A stretch of DNA of 64,000 nucleotides from positions 1-64,000 of the forward strand of contig NIVC01001998.1 of assembly GCA_002269645.1 (NCBI GenBank), written 5' to 3'. The notes under the pieces were generated by a model. The model did not search any database. It was not told where the DNA came from and was given only the letters and a program-made list of their open reading frames with translations. This DNA is from Macrostomum lignano (taxonomy: Eukaryota). Within the stretch, counting starts at the first letter, position 1; each line of letters begins with the position of its first letter. Made by a program: the position numbers and the translations under genes. Below are positions 9,835 to 27,431 of this stretch, one piece after another.

Positions 9835-11329
9835 TCAAGGTTTTAATGGAAGCCAGGATCGACGCGGGGCCGAAGGACACGGCGGCAGCGGTTTCTGCGG
9901 CGGCAAAACCTGAACAGGCGTTGCTGCAGCTTCCGCGTTCCGCTTCATCCGCGGCGGCGGCACCGGAGCGGCGGCGGCGGCTGCGCTATTAAAATAATTT
10001 TCGCGCAACTCGTCGAGCGCCTCGTGCGCAGATTCGCGCTGGCGTCGTTCGTGTTCGAATTTGGCGCGCGAGGCGTTTGCCTCGGCCAGTAGGCGCGAGC
10101 GTTCGAGCTCGAGTTCGGTGCGTCGACTCGTCACCGATGCCAGACCGATCGATAGGCGATCGATTTCCTGGCGGAGAGATTCGACTGAATTCGATGGAGA
10201 TTCGAGCTCTGTTTTAGTTGCATTTCCGGTTTCAATGGCACTTCCGGTTCCAATGGCACTTCTGAATTTACCGGTACTTCCAGTTGCACCGGTACTTTTG
10301 GTTGGACCGGCACTTCCGGTTGGACCGGTACTTCCGGTTGGACCGGTACTTCCGGTTGCACCGGTACTTCCGGTTTCAATATTGCTACCAAATCCAGCTT
10401 TTGTACCACTATTTTCTGTTTCCACTGAAAAGTTAGTTGTTGCTCCTAAACTATTTAATTCTTTCAAGTAGCGGTGCACTTCTGCCTGAAGATGATCAAA
10501 TTCGTCCGATTCTCGCTGCCAATCAGCGCGCTGACGCTGCCAAAATTCTAGCCACTGCTGATTAGCCAGGGATAGCTGCGCAAAAATGAGTTGATTGAAT
10601 AGCATAAATGTTCAATTATCTATATTTAATAATCAATAAGAGGAGCAAAATATACCTTAGGGATCAGTCTTTAAAGTTGAAAGCTATTAAAAAAGCTGTA
10701 TAACTGTTAAGTTAGCCATAAAGCTTTTTAATAGCTTGAAGTAGGGTTGGTGTCCAAATGGAGCTCTCTAGTTGGCTGGAGTGGGGTGGGTGTCCAAATG
10801 GAGCTCTCTGAATGGCTGGAGTGAAATGGTTGTCCGAAGGCAGCTTTCTAATTGGCTGGAGTGGATTGGGTGTTCAACTGGAGCTTTCTTATTGGCTGGA
10901 TCGAGTAGTGTGGGTGCCAAATAAATCTTTCTAATTGGCTGAGGTAGTATTAGTGTCAAAACAACAAAATGACTCACATCAGCATTATCTTTTACCAGCT
11001 TTTCCAATTCCTGGGATTCAAGAGAATTGTTAGATGGTTCAGCGGTTACGGCGAGACGTTCTGGTGACGACTTTGACTGAGGATGCTTCTAGAATAAAGA
11101 GTTGGTATTGATTGTTAAATAAAATTTTCAAGTACTTACTACTTAACCAGGACTGGGTAAAGTTTTTAATTACCTTAATTTCAGACGCCATCAAAACATC
11201 AACCAGCTGCATCACAGAAGCTGCAGTCTCTTTAGACTGAAACAAGCTACTAATTTCGGATTGCAGCAGAGAGCGTCCTTTCTCAATAATTTCTTTTTCG
11301 GAAACTTTCGAGGCTAGACTGGAAGACAT
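9835..11329 (-). CDS. Uncharacterised coiled-coil protein, about 335 aa, predicted exons 11329-11174, 11088-10978, 10575-9835
   Basis: All three junctions are GT-AG, phase 0 and keep the frame (AAG|GTAATT, ttctag|AAG, GAT|GTGAGT, gcgcag|CTA); heptad-rich segments, a short Gly-X-Y run and a Pro-rich tail. Confidence 0.6.
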
Positions 11330-11459
11330 TTTGCTTGCTGAAATTCATTATGGATGCGCTTTGATTTGCAATCATGAAAATCTTGCATCTTAAATTCTCA
11401 TTTAAAGTAATTTAATTCTTAGAAGACGAGAATCTCACCCCAATATAACCAATAGAGCC

Positions 11460-11785
11460 GAAATTTCGCCCTTAAGAGTCAGTAGATCCGAAATCTTACC
11501 CCTAAGAAGCATTAGATCCGAAATCTCACTCCTAAGAAACATTAGATTCAAAATCTCACCCCTAAGAATCATTGGATCTGAAATCTCACTCCTAATAATC
11601 ATTGGATCCGAAATCTCACCCCTAAGAAGCATTAGATCCGAAATCTCACTCCTAATAATCATTGGATACGAAATCTCACACCTAAGAAGCATTAGATCCG
11701 AAATCTCACCCCTAAGAATCATTGGATCTGAAATCTCACCTTTAAGAATCATTGGATCCGAAATCTCACCCCTAAGAATCATTAA
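11460..11785. repeat. 30-bp minisatellite (GATCCGAAATCTCACCCCTAAGAATCATTG-like), about 11 copies
   Basis: Visible tandem units; explains the spurious MILRGEISDP ORF. Confidence 0.9.
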
Positions 11786-12121
11786 AAATAATTTAGTGCT
11801 TAATAAGTAAATTAAAAGATTTAATAAACAAACTAGCAATAGCGAATACAAAATAGTCATCAAATTATCAATCAGTTAATGTTTATAAAGCTTTTAAAAT
11901 TGATTGGCAATCAAAATAATGCAAAGCACATTTCAAAATAGCAAATTTAATCAGATTAGCGGATGAAGGCTAAAAGTCACAGCCAGCAACAAAAATCACC
12001 AGGAATTGACTTCGAAAAATACATTATCAAATGTTACATGTAAATTGCAACCATTATTGCGAATGTGTCCACATGTGTCAATGTTGAATCAATGTTCAAT
12101 TTTGGGAAGCTGCAATCTTCA

Positions 12122-16511
<4,390 letters not shown>

Positions 16512-16644
16512 GTGAGCTTTAATACAAACTTTAGTTTATATTAGCTTAATATTAAATTTGAATATAAAGTGGTCTCGTTGCTTTCTCAAACCTATGACAG
16601 TGTGAACACGTGGAGCCATGCTCTGCTTCTGCTTCTACTGAGTC

Positions 16645-18020
16645 TCATTAAATCTAGCCGCTGTTCTGAATCTGCCTTTAAATCTGCCACTGTTCTGAAT
16701 CTGCTATTGAATCTGCCGCTGTTCTGAATCTGCCTTTAAATCTGCCACTGTTCTGAATCTGCTATTGAATCTGGCCGCTGTTCTGAATCTGCCATTAAAT
16801 CTGGCCGCTGTTCTGAATCTGCCATTAAATCTGGCCGCTGTTCTGAATCTGCCATTAAATCTGGCCGCTGTTCTGAATCTGCTATTGAATCTGGCCGCTG
16901 TTCTGAATCTGCTATTGAATCTGGCCGCTGTTCCGAATCTGCCGCTTTTCTGAATCTGCTATTGAATCTGCCGCTGTTCTGAATCTGCCTTTAAATCTGC
17001 CACTGTTCTGAATCTGCTATTGAATCTGGCCGCTGTTCTGAATCTGCCATTAAATCTGGCCGCTGTTCTGAATCTGCCATTAAATCTGGCCGCTGTTCTG
17101 AATCTGCCATTAAATCTGGCCGCTGTTGTGAATCTGCTATTGAATCTGGCCGCTGTTCTGAATCTGCTATTGAATCTGCCGCTGTTCCGAATCTGCCGCT
17201 TTTCTGAATCTGCTATTGAATCTGCCACTGTTCTGAATCTGCTATTGAATCTGCCGCTGTTCTGAATCTGCTATTGAATCTGCCGCTGTTCTGAATCTGC
17301 TATTGAATCTGCCGCTGTTCTGAATCTGCTATTGAATCTGCCGCTGTTCTGAATCTGCTATTGAATCTGGCCGCTGTTCAGAATCTGCCATTAAATCTGG
17401 CCGCTGTTCTGAATCTGCCATTAAATCTGGCCGCTGTTCAGAATCTGCCATTAAATCTGGCCGCTGTTCTGAATCTGCTATTGAATGTGCCGCTGTTCCG
17501 AATCTGCCGCTGTTCTGAATCTGCCGCTGTTCTGAGTCTGCTATTGAATCTGCCGCTGTTCTGAATCTGCTATTGAATCTGGCCGCTGTTCAGAATCTGC
17601 TATTGAATCTGCCGCTGTTCTGAGTCTGCTATTGAATCTGCCGCTGTTCTGAATCTGCTATTGAATCTGGCCGCTGTTCTGAATCTGCCATTAAATCTGG
17701 CCGCTGTTCAGAATCTGCCATTAAATCTGGCCGCTGTTCTGAATCTGCTATTGAATGTGCCGCTGTTCCGAATCTGCCGCTGTTCTGAATCTGCTATTGA
17801 ATCTGCCGCTGTTCTGAATCTGCTATTGAATCTGGCCGCTGTTCTGAATCTGCTATTGAATGTGCCGCTGTTCTGAATCTGCTATTGAATGTGCCGCTGT
17901 TCTGAATCTGCTATTGAATGTGCCGCTGTTCTGAGTCTGCTATTGAATCTGCCGCTGTTCTGAGTCTGCTATTGAATGTGCAGCTGTTCTGAGTCTGCTA
18001 TTGAATCTGCCATTGAATCT
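16645..18020. repeat. 29-30-bp minisatellite (AATCTGGCCGCTGTTCTGAATCTGCCATTA)
   Basis: About 45 tandem units between PSMA4 and the D2HGDH-like gene. Confidence 0.95.
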
Positions 18021-18659
18021 GCCTAAACTTTGATGGGATTTCTGAGCATGCAGCATAACATTCAAATACCATACCTAAATTTAGTAATTTTACGAGTATA
18101 TTGAATAAGCAGTTACACTGTATATGGTTAGTTCTGAAGCAAAATCCATGCAAATAAATTAATGGAATAGAGTTCTATTACTGCCTTTAAAAACGAAAAG
18201 TAATAAAAATCATATAAAATTCAATAAAAATTTGCGCTAGATTATGAAAAAAACTGCAAAAATTGTAAGCAACACGCACTCATCTGGTGCTTGCGCTGGG
18301 CTTAAAGGAGCCATTGAAGTTTGAACAATTTATTTCTTAAATATTATCGGCACCTGAATATACTAGACTTGAACAGAAAATTACTACTGGGTACAAAAAC
18401 CCAGTTAGGGACATTGCATTTTTATTACTTTTCCTCGGTCAGATAACAGGTATACAGATAAGCGTTCACTTGTTTAACCTAAAATAAATATTAATAATGA
18501 TACGACTATTAGCCTACTCGTTTACTAAGTAGTAAATTTCTGGCGCGCAGGTTTTTTGCGTAATTTGCGTAGACGAAGTGAACACACTGGGAAAGAAGTT
18601 AATGAATAATTATATATCCGACATTCGTTTTAAACAATGACAGTTTAAAACAATTCAGC

Positions 18660-19421
18660 TTAGGTTTTCTTCTCCGCCTCCTTCTTGGCTAGTTCGGCCT
18701 CCTCCAGATCCTTGATGAGCTTCTCAACTTTAGACTGAGGCAGCAGGCTCAGATAGGTGTGACCCTCTTTCCGAGTGAACACGGCCACCTCCACCTTGTC
18801 GGCAGATAACTTGCTCATTGTCATAGATTTGTTCAACACTTTAATAGTGAGGCTGAGCGCCTCATCAATGCTCATATTTTCTGTGTACTCCTGGTCCAGC
18901 ATGCTGTTGGCAGCGGCTGCATTGCTGCCAATACAGGTGGCCTTCCAGCCGCTGAAGTTGCCGCTGGGATCGCTCTGATAGAGCTGGAAGCCGTAGTTCA
19001 GATCCCAGCCAGAGTACAGCATGCTGACACCGAATGGTCGCCTGCCGCCAAACATTGTGTAGGCGTGCTTGATATCGCAGATAGAGGACACCAGCTGCTC
19101 AACAGGCATTGGCTCCTGATACTGCAGCAGGTAGCGTTGAGCGCTTAAACGCATCTCATCGATGAGCACATTAGCATCGGCTGTGATGCCGCCAACTGCT
19201 ACACACAGATCGTCATTAATAATGTAGATTTTCTCAGAGAAGGCCGGCTCGTCTAACAGTTTGTTAATATTGCGCCTCTCAGCAGCCAGTACGATTCCAT
19301 CGCGAGCCAGTATGCCCATACAGGTGCCAGCGTGTCCTACAGCTTCCATGGCGTATTCTACCTGGTACAGACGGCCCTCTGGCGAGAATGTTGTAGTGCG
19401 AGTATCGTACCGGCGTGCCAT
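18660..19421 (-). CDS. PSMA4: Proteasome subunit alpha type-4 (alpha3), 253 aa, CDS intronless
   Basis: [64 protein letters not shown]. Confidence 0.97.
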   Translation of the reverse strand: MARRYDTRTTTFSPEGRLYQVEYAMEAVGHAGTCMGILARDGIVLAAERRNINKLLDEPAFSEKIYIINDDLCVAVGGITADANVLIDEMRLSAQRYLLQYQEPMPVEQLVSSICDIKHAYTMFGGRRPFGVSMLYSGWDLNYGFQLYQSDPSGNFSGWKATCIGSNAAAANSMLDQEYTENMSIDEALSLTIKVLNKSMTMSKLSADKVEVAVFTRKEGHTYLSLLPQSKVEKLIKDLEEAELAKKEAEKKT

Positions 19422-19498
19422 TGTTGTCGTTTATTATTAATAATATTTTTGTGTCTTCTTCGATTGTAACCAATTCAGCTGGAATAGTTTTTATTTTT

Positions 19499-20258
19499 GA
19501 CCATAGACTATGGATGTCTAAGAAACTATTAACGAAACATTATACTACTAGGGAAGGCATTATTGTCTATGGCCTGACCATAGACTATGGATGTCTAAGA
19601 AACTATTAACGAAACATTATACTACTAGGGAAGGCATTGTTGTCTATGGCCTGACCATAGACTATGGATGTCTAAGAAACTATTAACGAAACATTATACT
19701 ACTAGGGAAGGCATTATTGTCTATGGCCTGACCATAGACTATGGATGTCTAAGAAACTATTAACGAAACATTATACTACTAGGGAAGGCATTGTTGTCTA
19801 TGGCCTGACCATAGACTATGGATGTCTAAGAAACTATTAACGAAACATTATACTACTAGGGAAGGCATTATTGTCTATGGCCTGACCATAGACTATGGAT
19901 GTCTAAGAAACTATTAACGAAACATTATACTACTAGGGAAGGCATTATTGTCTATGGCCTGACCATAGACTATGGATGTCTAAGAAACTATTAACGAAAC
20001 ATACTACTAGGGAAGGCATTATTGTCTATGGCCTGACCATAGACTATGGATGTCTAAGAAACTATTAACGAAACATACTACTAGGGAAGGCATTATTGTC
20101 TATGGCCTGACCATAGACTATGGATGTCTAAGAAACTATTAACGAAACATACTACTAGGGAAGGCATTATTGTCTATGGCCTGACCATAGACTATGGATG
20201 TCTAAGAAACTATTAACGAAAGATTATACTACTAGGGAAGGCATTATTGTCTATGGCC
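19499..20258. repeat. 77-bp tandem array, about 10 copies, each unit bounded by CCATAGAC..GTCTATGG
   Basis: Near-identical units; three carry a 3-bp deletion; array ends about 80 bp upstream of the PSMA4 ATG. Confidence 0.95.
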
Positions 20259-20829
20259 GCTACTGCTGCAAATGGACTTCAGTTATCAGCTAAAAATTAA
20301 AATAATATATTGGTTATCCGCATGGTAAACAAAATAGACAGAAAGTGAGATTGGCAAGAAAAAAGGATGAAAATAAATGAAACACAAACTCATTCAGCCA
20401 TATCAATTCCGCGCACAATTCAGAGACAAATTAGTTTATAATCAATGAATAATGACCACTAGCAGTCAATTAAATTTCATTGTGAGGGAAAGTTTCTCAT
20501 CATTTTTGTGCGCGATCATTCAAGCTCAGTAATTATTAAAGAATCTGCCTCTATTAAGACGAATAAAATCTGAAAAGTACATCAAGTACTTACCGAGAAT
20601 TGCTTCACCAACAGTCTGTCTGTACTAAATGATGTCGATTTATGCATCTAAAACATATCACACAATTCTTACCTGTTTTATTGGAATTTTATTGATACGT
20701 AAACATGACTTACACAATATTTTAAAAGAATTATAAAAACAAAACAGGATTTTTTTATCATGCGGATAACCACTTTTTCTAACGAAAGATTACCCTAATT
20801 AACAAAATATGCCTAATTTGGAAAAGTAC

Positions 20830-21560
20830 CTAATTAGGAAACATACCAAATAAGGAAACACACCAAATTAGGAAACATACCTAATTAGGAAACATACCTA
20901 ATTTGGAACCATATCTAATTAGAAAAATACCTAATTTGGAACCATATCTAATTAGAAAAATATCTAATTTGGAACCATATCTAATTAGAAAAATACCTAA
21001 TTTGGAACCATATCTAATTAGAAACATACCTAATTTGGAACCATATCTAATTAGAAACATACCTAATTTGGAACCATATCTAATTAGAAACATACCTAAT
21101 TTGGAACCATATCTAATTAGAAACATACCTAATTTGGAACCATATCTAATTAGAAACATACCTAATTTGGAACCATATCTAATTAGAAACATACCTAATT
21201 TGGAACCATATCTAATTAGAAACATACCTAATTTGGAACCATATCTAATTAGAAACATACCTAATTTGGAACCATATCTAATCAGAAACATACCTAATTT
21301 GGAACCATATCTAATTAGAAACATACCTAATTTGGAACTATACCTAATTTGGAACCATACCTAGTTAGAAAACATACCTGATTAGGAAACATAACTGATT
21401 AGAAAACATACCTGATTAGGAAACATAACTGATTAGAAAACATACCTGATTAGGAAAAATACCTAACTAGAAACATACCTAATTTGGAACCATATCTAAT
21501 TAGAAACATACCTGATTAGGAAACATACCTAATTGGGAAAAAGTACCTGATTTCCTGATT
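20830..21560. repeat. 33-bp minisatellite (AATTAGAAACATACCTAATTTGGAACCATATCT) with 16-17-bp subunits
   Basis: Direct reading; explains the LEPYLIRNIPN ORFs. Confidence 0.95.
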
Positions 21561-21809
21561 ATGATAAATAGGATACGCCTAATTAAGAAAATATACCCTC
21601 GACACTTACTTAACTACTAGTTGTTGCTAACAAAAATTCAAAAGGACAAAAACTCAACCACAGACACGCGTTGTTTTTTTTTCAATCCAAGCCGCTCCAA
21701 AGACTGCCAAAGACTGGAGTCACTAAATTTTAATCATTTTGTTTAATAGTTTCAAATTGCTGACTTGCTGAATAAGCAATAAATCAGTCTTAAACATGAT
21801 TTTTAGGAA

Positions 21810-23040
21810 TTAAGAGTTGGCATTGGGACCGCGGCGACGACCGCCAGGCAGGTTGACGGTGGCAACAAACCGTTTGTTATACTGGATTCGCCGCTTAGCC
21901 CGGCCGGTTTTGTTTTTCTTCTTCTCCTGTTTGGCCACTTTAGGCGTCTGGCCGCGCACTTTGCCGGCGCGAGCCAGCGAACCGTGCACTTTGCCGCCGG
22001 GCAGCAGGGCCTGCACCTGGCAGGGAGATTAGCGATGCATGTGTGAGATTAGTCCGCATTCGTGTATTGGTGAGAATTTTGTTTCCTGATATACTACGCG
22101 GTAGACCAGACTGAGATGCAATAGGAACCTGAGCCATCAGTTGTGCGTCTCTGGGGAATCCCCTTATCTTTCAGTTGTGGGTCTGTGGGGAATCCCCTTA
22201 TCTTTCAGTTGTGGGTCTGTAGGAATTCCCCCCTTCAGTTGTGGGTCTGTGGGAATCCGCCAATTCTTCATTTTTGGGTCTGTAAGGAATCCCCTCTGAT
22301 CCTACAGTAGTTGGGTCTGTGGGGAATCCCCTCCGATTCTACAGTTGTGGGTCTGTGGGGAATCCCCTCCGATCCTACAGTTGTGGGTCTGTGGGGAATC
22401 CCCTCCGATCCTACAGTTGTGGGTCTGTGGGGAATTCCCTCTGATCCTACAGTTGTGGGTCTGTGGGGAATTCCCTCTGATCCTACAGTTGTGGGTCTGT
22501 GGGGAATCCCTCCGATCCTACAGTTGTGGGTCTGTGGGGAATCCCCTCTGATCCAACAGTTGTGGGTCTGTGGGGAATTCCCTCTGATCCTACAGATGTG
22601 GGTCTGTGGGGAATCCCCTCCGATCCTACAGTTGTGGGTCTGTGGGGAATCCCCTCTGATCCTACAGTTGTGGGTCTGTGGGGAATCCCTGGATCCATCA
22701 GTTGTGAGTCTGTAGGGAATCACCCCGACCTTTCAGTTGTGAATTCGTGCTCGTGATAAATTTTTTATCTTTCAGATGAGCCTGCGGGGAATTCCTAAAT
22801 CTATAAATAGTGAATCGAATACAAGCTCAGCTGACAAACCTGCAGTTCAGCACAGTCCAGACCGACCAAAGAGTCGGCATCGTCAAGCGCGGCACCAGAG
22901 GCGGCAAAGACGCCCAACTGGAGTGGAGACAGGCCACACCGGCTGGCTGCCCAGACTTTCAGTTCGGCAATGGAAGCCGTCTGAGCAGCAATCCTCGCAT
23001 CGCTGCTGCCATCTGGCAGGGTGACAACAATTGGAGCCAT
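21810..23040 (-). CDS. FAU: Ubiquitin-like FUBI / 40S ribosomal protein S30 fusion; exons 23040-22840 and 22016-21810
   Basis: [39 protein letters not shown] preceded by LPGG; CAG|GTTTGT donor and ccag|GTG acceptor in phase 0 give a 75-aa UBL leader. Confidence 0.95.
22140..22740. repeat. 36-37-bp minisatellite (CAGTTGTGGGTCTGTGGGGAATCCCCTCCGATCCTA) in the FAU intron
   Basis: About 15 tandem units. Confidence 0.93.
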
Positions 23041-25456
23041 GGTTGCTTTGATAGGAGAGTGTTAGCTTTGAGTTGATGAAAAATTAGGATTCTTAACAGT
23101 GATGTTGGTGATAGTGGCCTGGGGCTGCATGCAAAGACATTAACAAACAGTAAGGTAATTAATCTTCTATTTTCACATACAGACAAAGAAATTTTTGGTA
23201 TATCCAGTCATAATGTTAAATAAGTAAATCTGAAGTGCTTGGGTAGTCAAGACTTTTACATTATCATATACTTTCTATGTTTAGTAGCTTACAAGACTAT
23301 GAGATATAATAGCCTTAAAATAAACATCTCAATGTAAATATGATAGATATTATGCTATGTAATTTTATTATATGCACATAAAATTTATAATATTTATTGT
23401 AGGCCTAGTTGGAACAAAAAAACAAAATTTGATCGAAACTAAGATATTAGGCTTATTAGGCAAGGTTTATAGCTCATATTATAACTTTTTAGAATACATA
23501 AAATGCATGTTCATTTACCAAGAATTTTTTCAACTATAATAAAATATGATTTAAAAAAGACAATAAATTTATCTATAGCTATATGGTCCAAAAAGATATG
23601 GTTACTAATTTAGCATCTTGGCTCTAGATTTATTATGCCAAATTTAAAGTTAATTTTATTTAATATACTTAGAAAAAAGTTTTTATTCTTTATAGTGGCT
23701 ATGTTTTGGTACCCTAGTTTGTTTTTTTATGCCTCAGCCATAGTCAGAAAGGTGGCGCAATGTGCTGGAACAATTTTTGATAGATGATCATATGCTGCCT
23801 GTATGCCATCTATGTGCTGTCTATGCGCCATCTGTAGGCTGTTTCTTCTCTGCACTATTTTTGTGTTCTTACCTGCAGAAACCTGCAAGCAGTTAAAATA
23901 TTAGAGGTTAAACAAGTGTAAAATATTTAGTTAGGCATGAAATATGTTGATTTTTAGTCTGGGCATGATTTATGATTGATTATAAAAAATGACAATTTGC
24001 AGCATATTTAAATGTAGTAAACATAGTACAACTATACTACTACAGGAATGGAAATTGTCAACACTACATTTTCTCTTTCTTTCATTTTATAATATGCATA
24101 TAACATATTGCCTTATTGATTTTGCAATCAATTAGTATACTTTTATTATTTTCTGAGTTATTATCAATGACTACTAAGATATGAAAAGTAAACAATGGCA
24201 ATTATACTATTAATGAAACTTGCAATGGATGTAGAGATGTATAATATCAATAATGAAAGTAATGAAACAAGTAGAGAAAAAGGCAAAGAAATATACACAA
24301 CCTTACAAACTGGTTAAAGCAAAAAAGGTTGTGAATTCACCAAATTGTAGTTAAACTTGTGATTACATTGGGGTTGAACCACTATAAAATATGTTATAAC
24401 TTGACAATAATAATAGCTACCTTTACTCAGAGTACCCCTGCTTTATTATTAAATAGCAAAGGATCAATGCTGTATGTCACTGCCAAAAGCATGTGTCTAC
24501 ATAGCAATAAGCATTACTATAGAGCAACTGCCAATTAAACAAATAAATGTACATAAAACTAAACATTGTTATATATTTGCTTATTATTTATTTGTTTAAT
24601 AAAACAACACTTTTGGCAAAAAAACCTATTTTTACCAAATTGATTTTCTACCTTTTTTATCTAAGTAGTTCTAATGATTGAAGATTAAAAAGTTTATATA
24701 GACCTACCAAAACTTGAAAAAGTCTCATCTCTATGCTTTAGTTTAATATTAACTATAAAAATCAATCTTCATAAAGAATCTTCTTATCTTAAAAACCTTA
24801 TTGGCTACATTCCATGGTTTGGAAGGCAACATATATGCCAGGATCCCAATATATAACAAGGGTACTTGCCATTTTTAGCATATATTAGTATACATCTTGA
24901 TATATGACACAGCAGAAACATTGTGTCAATGATACATTTATAATCCTAGTATACAAACAAAGTCATACTTTTGGCATTCTTTTAGTTTACAATCCTTGAA
25001 TTGATAACAATCCATATTAGAAAGATATAAAATACAAAACATGTTTTTAATTATAAACTAGCAATTGAAAACTATAACATTACAATACAATATTCTTTAT
25101 TTTTTAGTCATTAAAGGATCTAATGCCAACTTAACTAATACAAAAAAATGTTAAAATGTTTATATGTGTGCAAGTTTTTGACAAAGAAGATTGTATAATT
25201 ATAATTATATATCTATATTGGTTTATATTCATTTAAGGCAGTTGTTATTTGTCCGGTGACTGGACAAATAGCGATGTGGTTATTTGTCTGGTTACTGGAT
25301 AATGGCCATGCTTTCCCGTTCATCTGGTTAATACAGGACAAATAGGCTTTTTATTATTTGACTGGTTAAATTGATAATGCTAAAATATCTATTTTATAGA
25401 AACTACAATGGTGATCCTAGACTTCAAAGACTTCTTACTTGTTTCTTGATTATTAT

Positions 25457-25976
25457 ACAACAACAACAACAAGGTACTGCTCCCACCGGCCACACAGTAG
25501 CCAGAAAGGGGGGAGCAGTCAGAAAGCGCGTCTCTGGGCCATTGCCCTCAGGAAGTCGCATCCCCCTACTTGGTCCGGGGCACCAGCGTCACTCAAAAGT
25601 CAGTCAGGGTATCGCACTGTTCGCCCTTGGCCTCGCCTGTGCAGTCCCTGCAGCTTGAGCAGCAGCATATCGTGTAGCGGCTCAGGACAGCGGGCCTCCG
25701 ACCAGATGACGTGGCCAGCCAGTTGAAGTTGCCGCCCGCGCAGCAGGTCAGAAGGCCGCATCAGGCGCGCCCTAGTGTAGAGTGTGGCATTGGTCTCGCT
25801 GCCTGGGCCGCTGCGCACTCCGAAAGCTGCACGCAGCATTGCTGCATATGCAGCGTCCAGCTGCCTCTCCAAGGCGTCCGTCAGGGTCCAAGTCTCGGCG
25901 TTGTACAACAGGATAGTCTCGACGACTGCCTGAAACAGCCGAGCCTTGAGCCTGTCATCCAGGGCCTCAGATTGGC
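25457..25976 (-). mobile_element. 5'-truncated RTE-like non-LTR retrotransposon copy
   Basis: ARLFQAVVETILLYNAETWTLT..QLQLAGHV RT C-terminal region, (TTG)n tail, 12-bp TSD CTTGATTATTAT at 25445-25456 and 25977-25988. Confidence 0.9.
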
Positions 25977-26415
25977 CTTGATTATTATGTTGTTATACTA
26001 GTGTTTGTCTTATATACCAAATTATGCCAAATTGAATACACTGCTTTTCTTATACATGTACACTAGTGTCTACTAGTATACAACAAAATATTAATCAGTA
26101 TACATGAAAAGGTCTTACTAATAACAACTGCCTTTATTTAAATAGTATAAATAATATATATAAATGATTCATTGTAAACCAAAGTTAAGTAGGCCTAGGT
26201 TTTTTATCATTTTATATTTTAGAACTGTTTGTTCAATAGGACCCTATATATCTACTTTGGTTTATAATCATCTAAGTGGCAAAAAATCAGAAATACATAT
26301 AGCCATAGGCCCTAAATAATGATTATTTGTAAATCAAAAGGCAAAGTAGATAATTCTATAGCTATTTAAGATCCTATTTATCAAATAATTTAGGATATAA
26401 AATCACTACTAACCC

Positions 26416-26874
26416 CCTAGGCCTACCTTTAGTTTATAATCATTTATATGTATTTCTGCTATTTTAATGATCATAACTGAAGTCTATATATAGGCCTTGG
26501 ATCCTAGAAATAATAGCCTAGCCCTAGATAGAAAAAAATTTGGCATTCATTCCTTCCTTTGGGCTTCTGTTCTATATACCATCATTTTTACATGCATTAA
26601 TTTTGGTTCACAACACAATCCCCATGTAATTTTCAATTTAAGTGATCATGGCTTGCTTGAAAAAAGCAAACATTGTTAAACTAGGGGCCTAGGCTTATTC
26701 ATTTTACTAGAAAAACTAAATGGAAAAGTCAACCTATAGTATAATTTTTCCCATGCTATGGCTATAGCATGGCAATAATAAGGATCCTAGGCCTATATAT
26801 CTACTTCAGTTTATGATGATCATTAAAATAGCAGAAATACATGTAAATGATTGTGAACTAAAGGTATGCCTAGG
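26416..26874. repeat. Imperfect ~90-bp inverted repeat (26416-26505 / 26781-26874), MITE-like
   Basis: ATGTATTTCTGCTATTTTAATGATCAT and its flanks recur in reverse complement; no TSD established. Confidence 0.7.
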
Positions 26875-27431
26875 CCATAGTCAGGAAGGTGCCCATTGTT
26901 ATGGAAAAATGAAAATTCATGTAAAGTCCAAAGTGTCTCTAACCTAATTATCCCAATGCATTTGGTATAGGGATAGGCCTATAATCATAGCATGCATGCA
27001 TCAAGCCCAGGCCAGGCCAGGTTCCTTAGGCCTAGCTAGAAAAGCAAAAAGGAAAAGCAAGGGCAATACCAATTTATAAATGTTACTTTCGATCACAAAA
27101 ATCAAAGGAAGGGCACCACGTCAGGCTTAAAGACTGTATAAAACAATGATAAATAAAGATAAAAGATGCATAGAGTTGGATTGCATTATAAAAGATTGCA
27201 TAAAATTACATATCAATTTTCAAACCAAGGGGAAAACTGAAAAAGAGTTTACGCGTAAAAAAGCTGTGCTGCAGGATTTAAAATTAAATTTTAAACAGTA
27301 CAAAAATTGCTTTACTATAGGCTTCAGTTTAATATGGTATTACAACAGGACTTTAAATATTGTTTTACCAATTGCGTAATTAAAAGTTTAAAGCCGGTTA
27401 CGTGAGTGACAGAAATCTATTAAAAACACTG

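Noticed and set aside
19499-20258. Possible CRISPR-like array
   Set aside because: Units are identical end to end with no unique spacers, the context is eukaryotic and there are no cas genes.
23874-23895. 10-nt microexon-like signal on the minus strand (gcag|GTTTCTGCAG|gtaag)
   Set aside because: Could be a FAU 5' UTR exon but is unsupported without transcript data.
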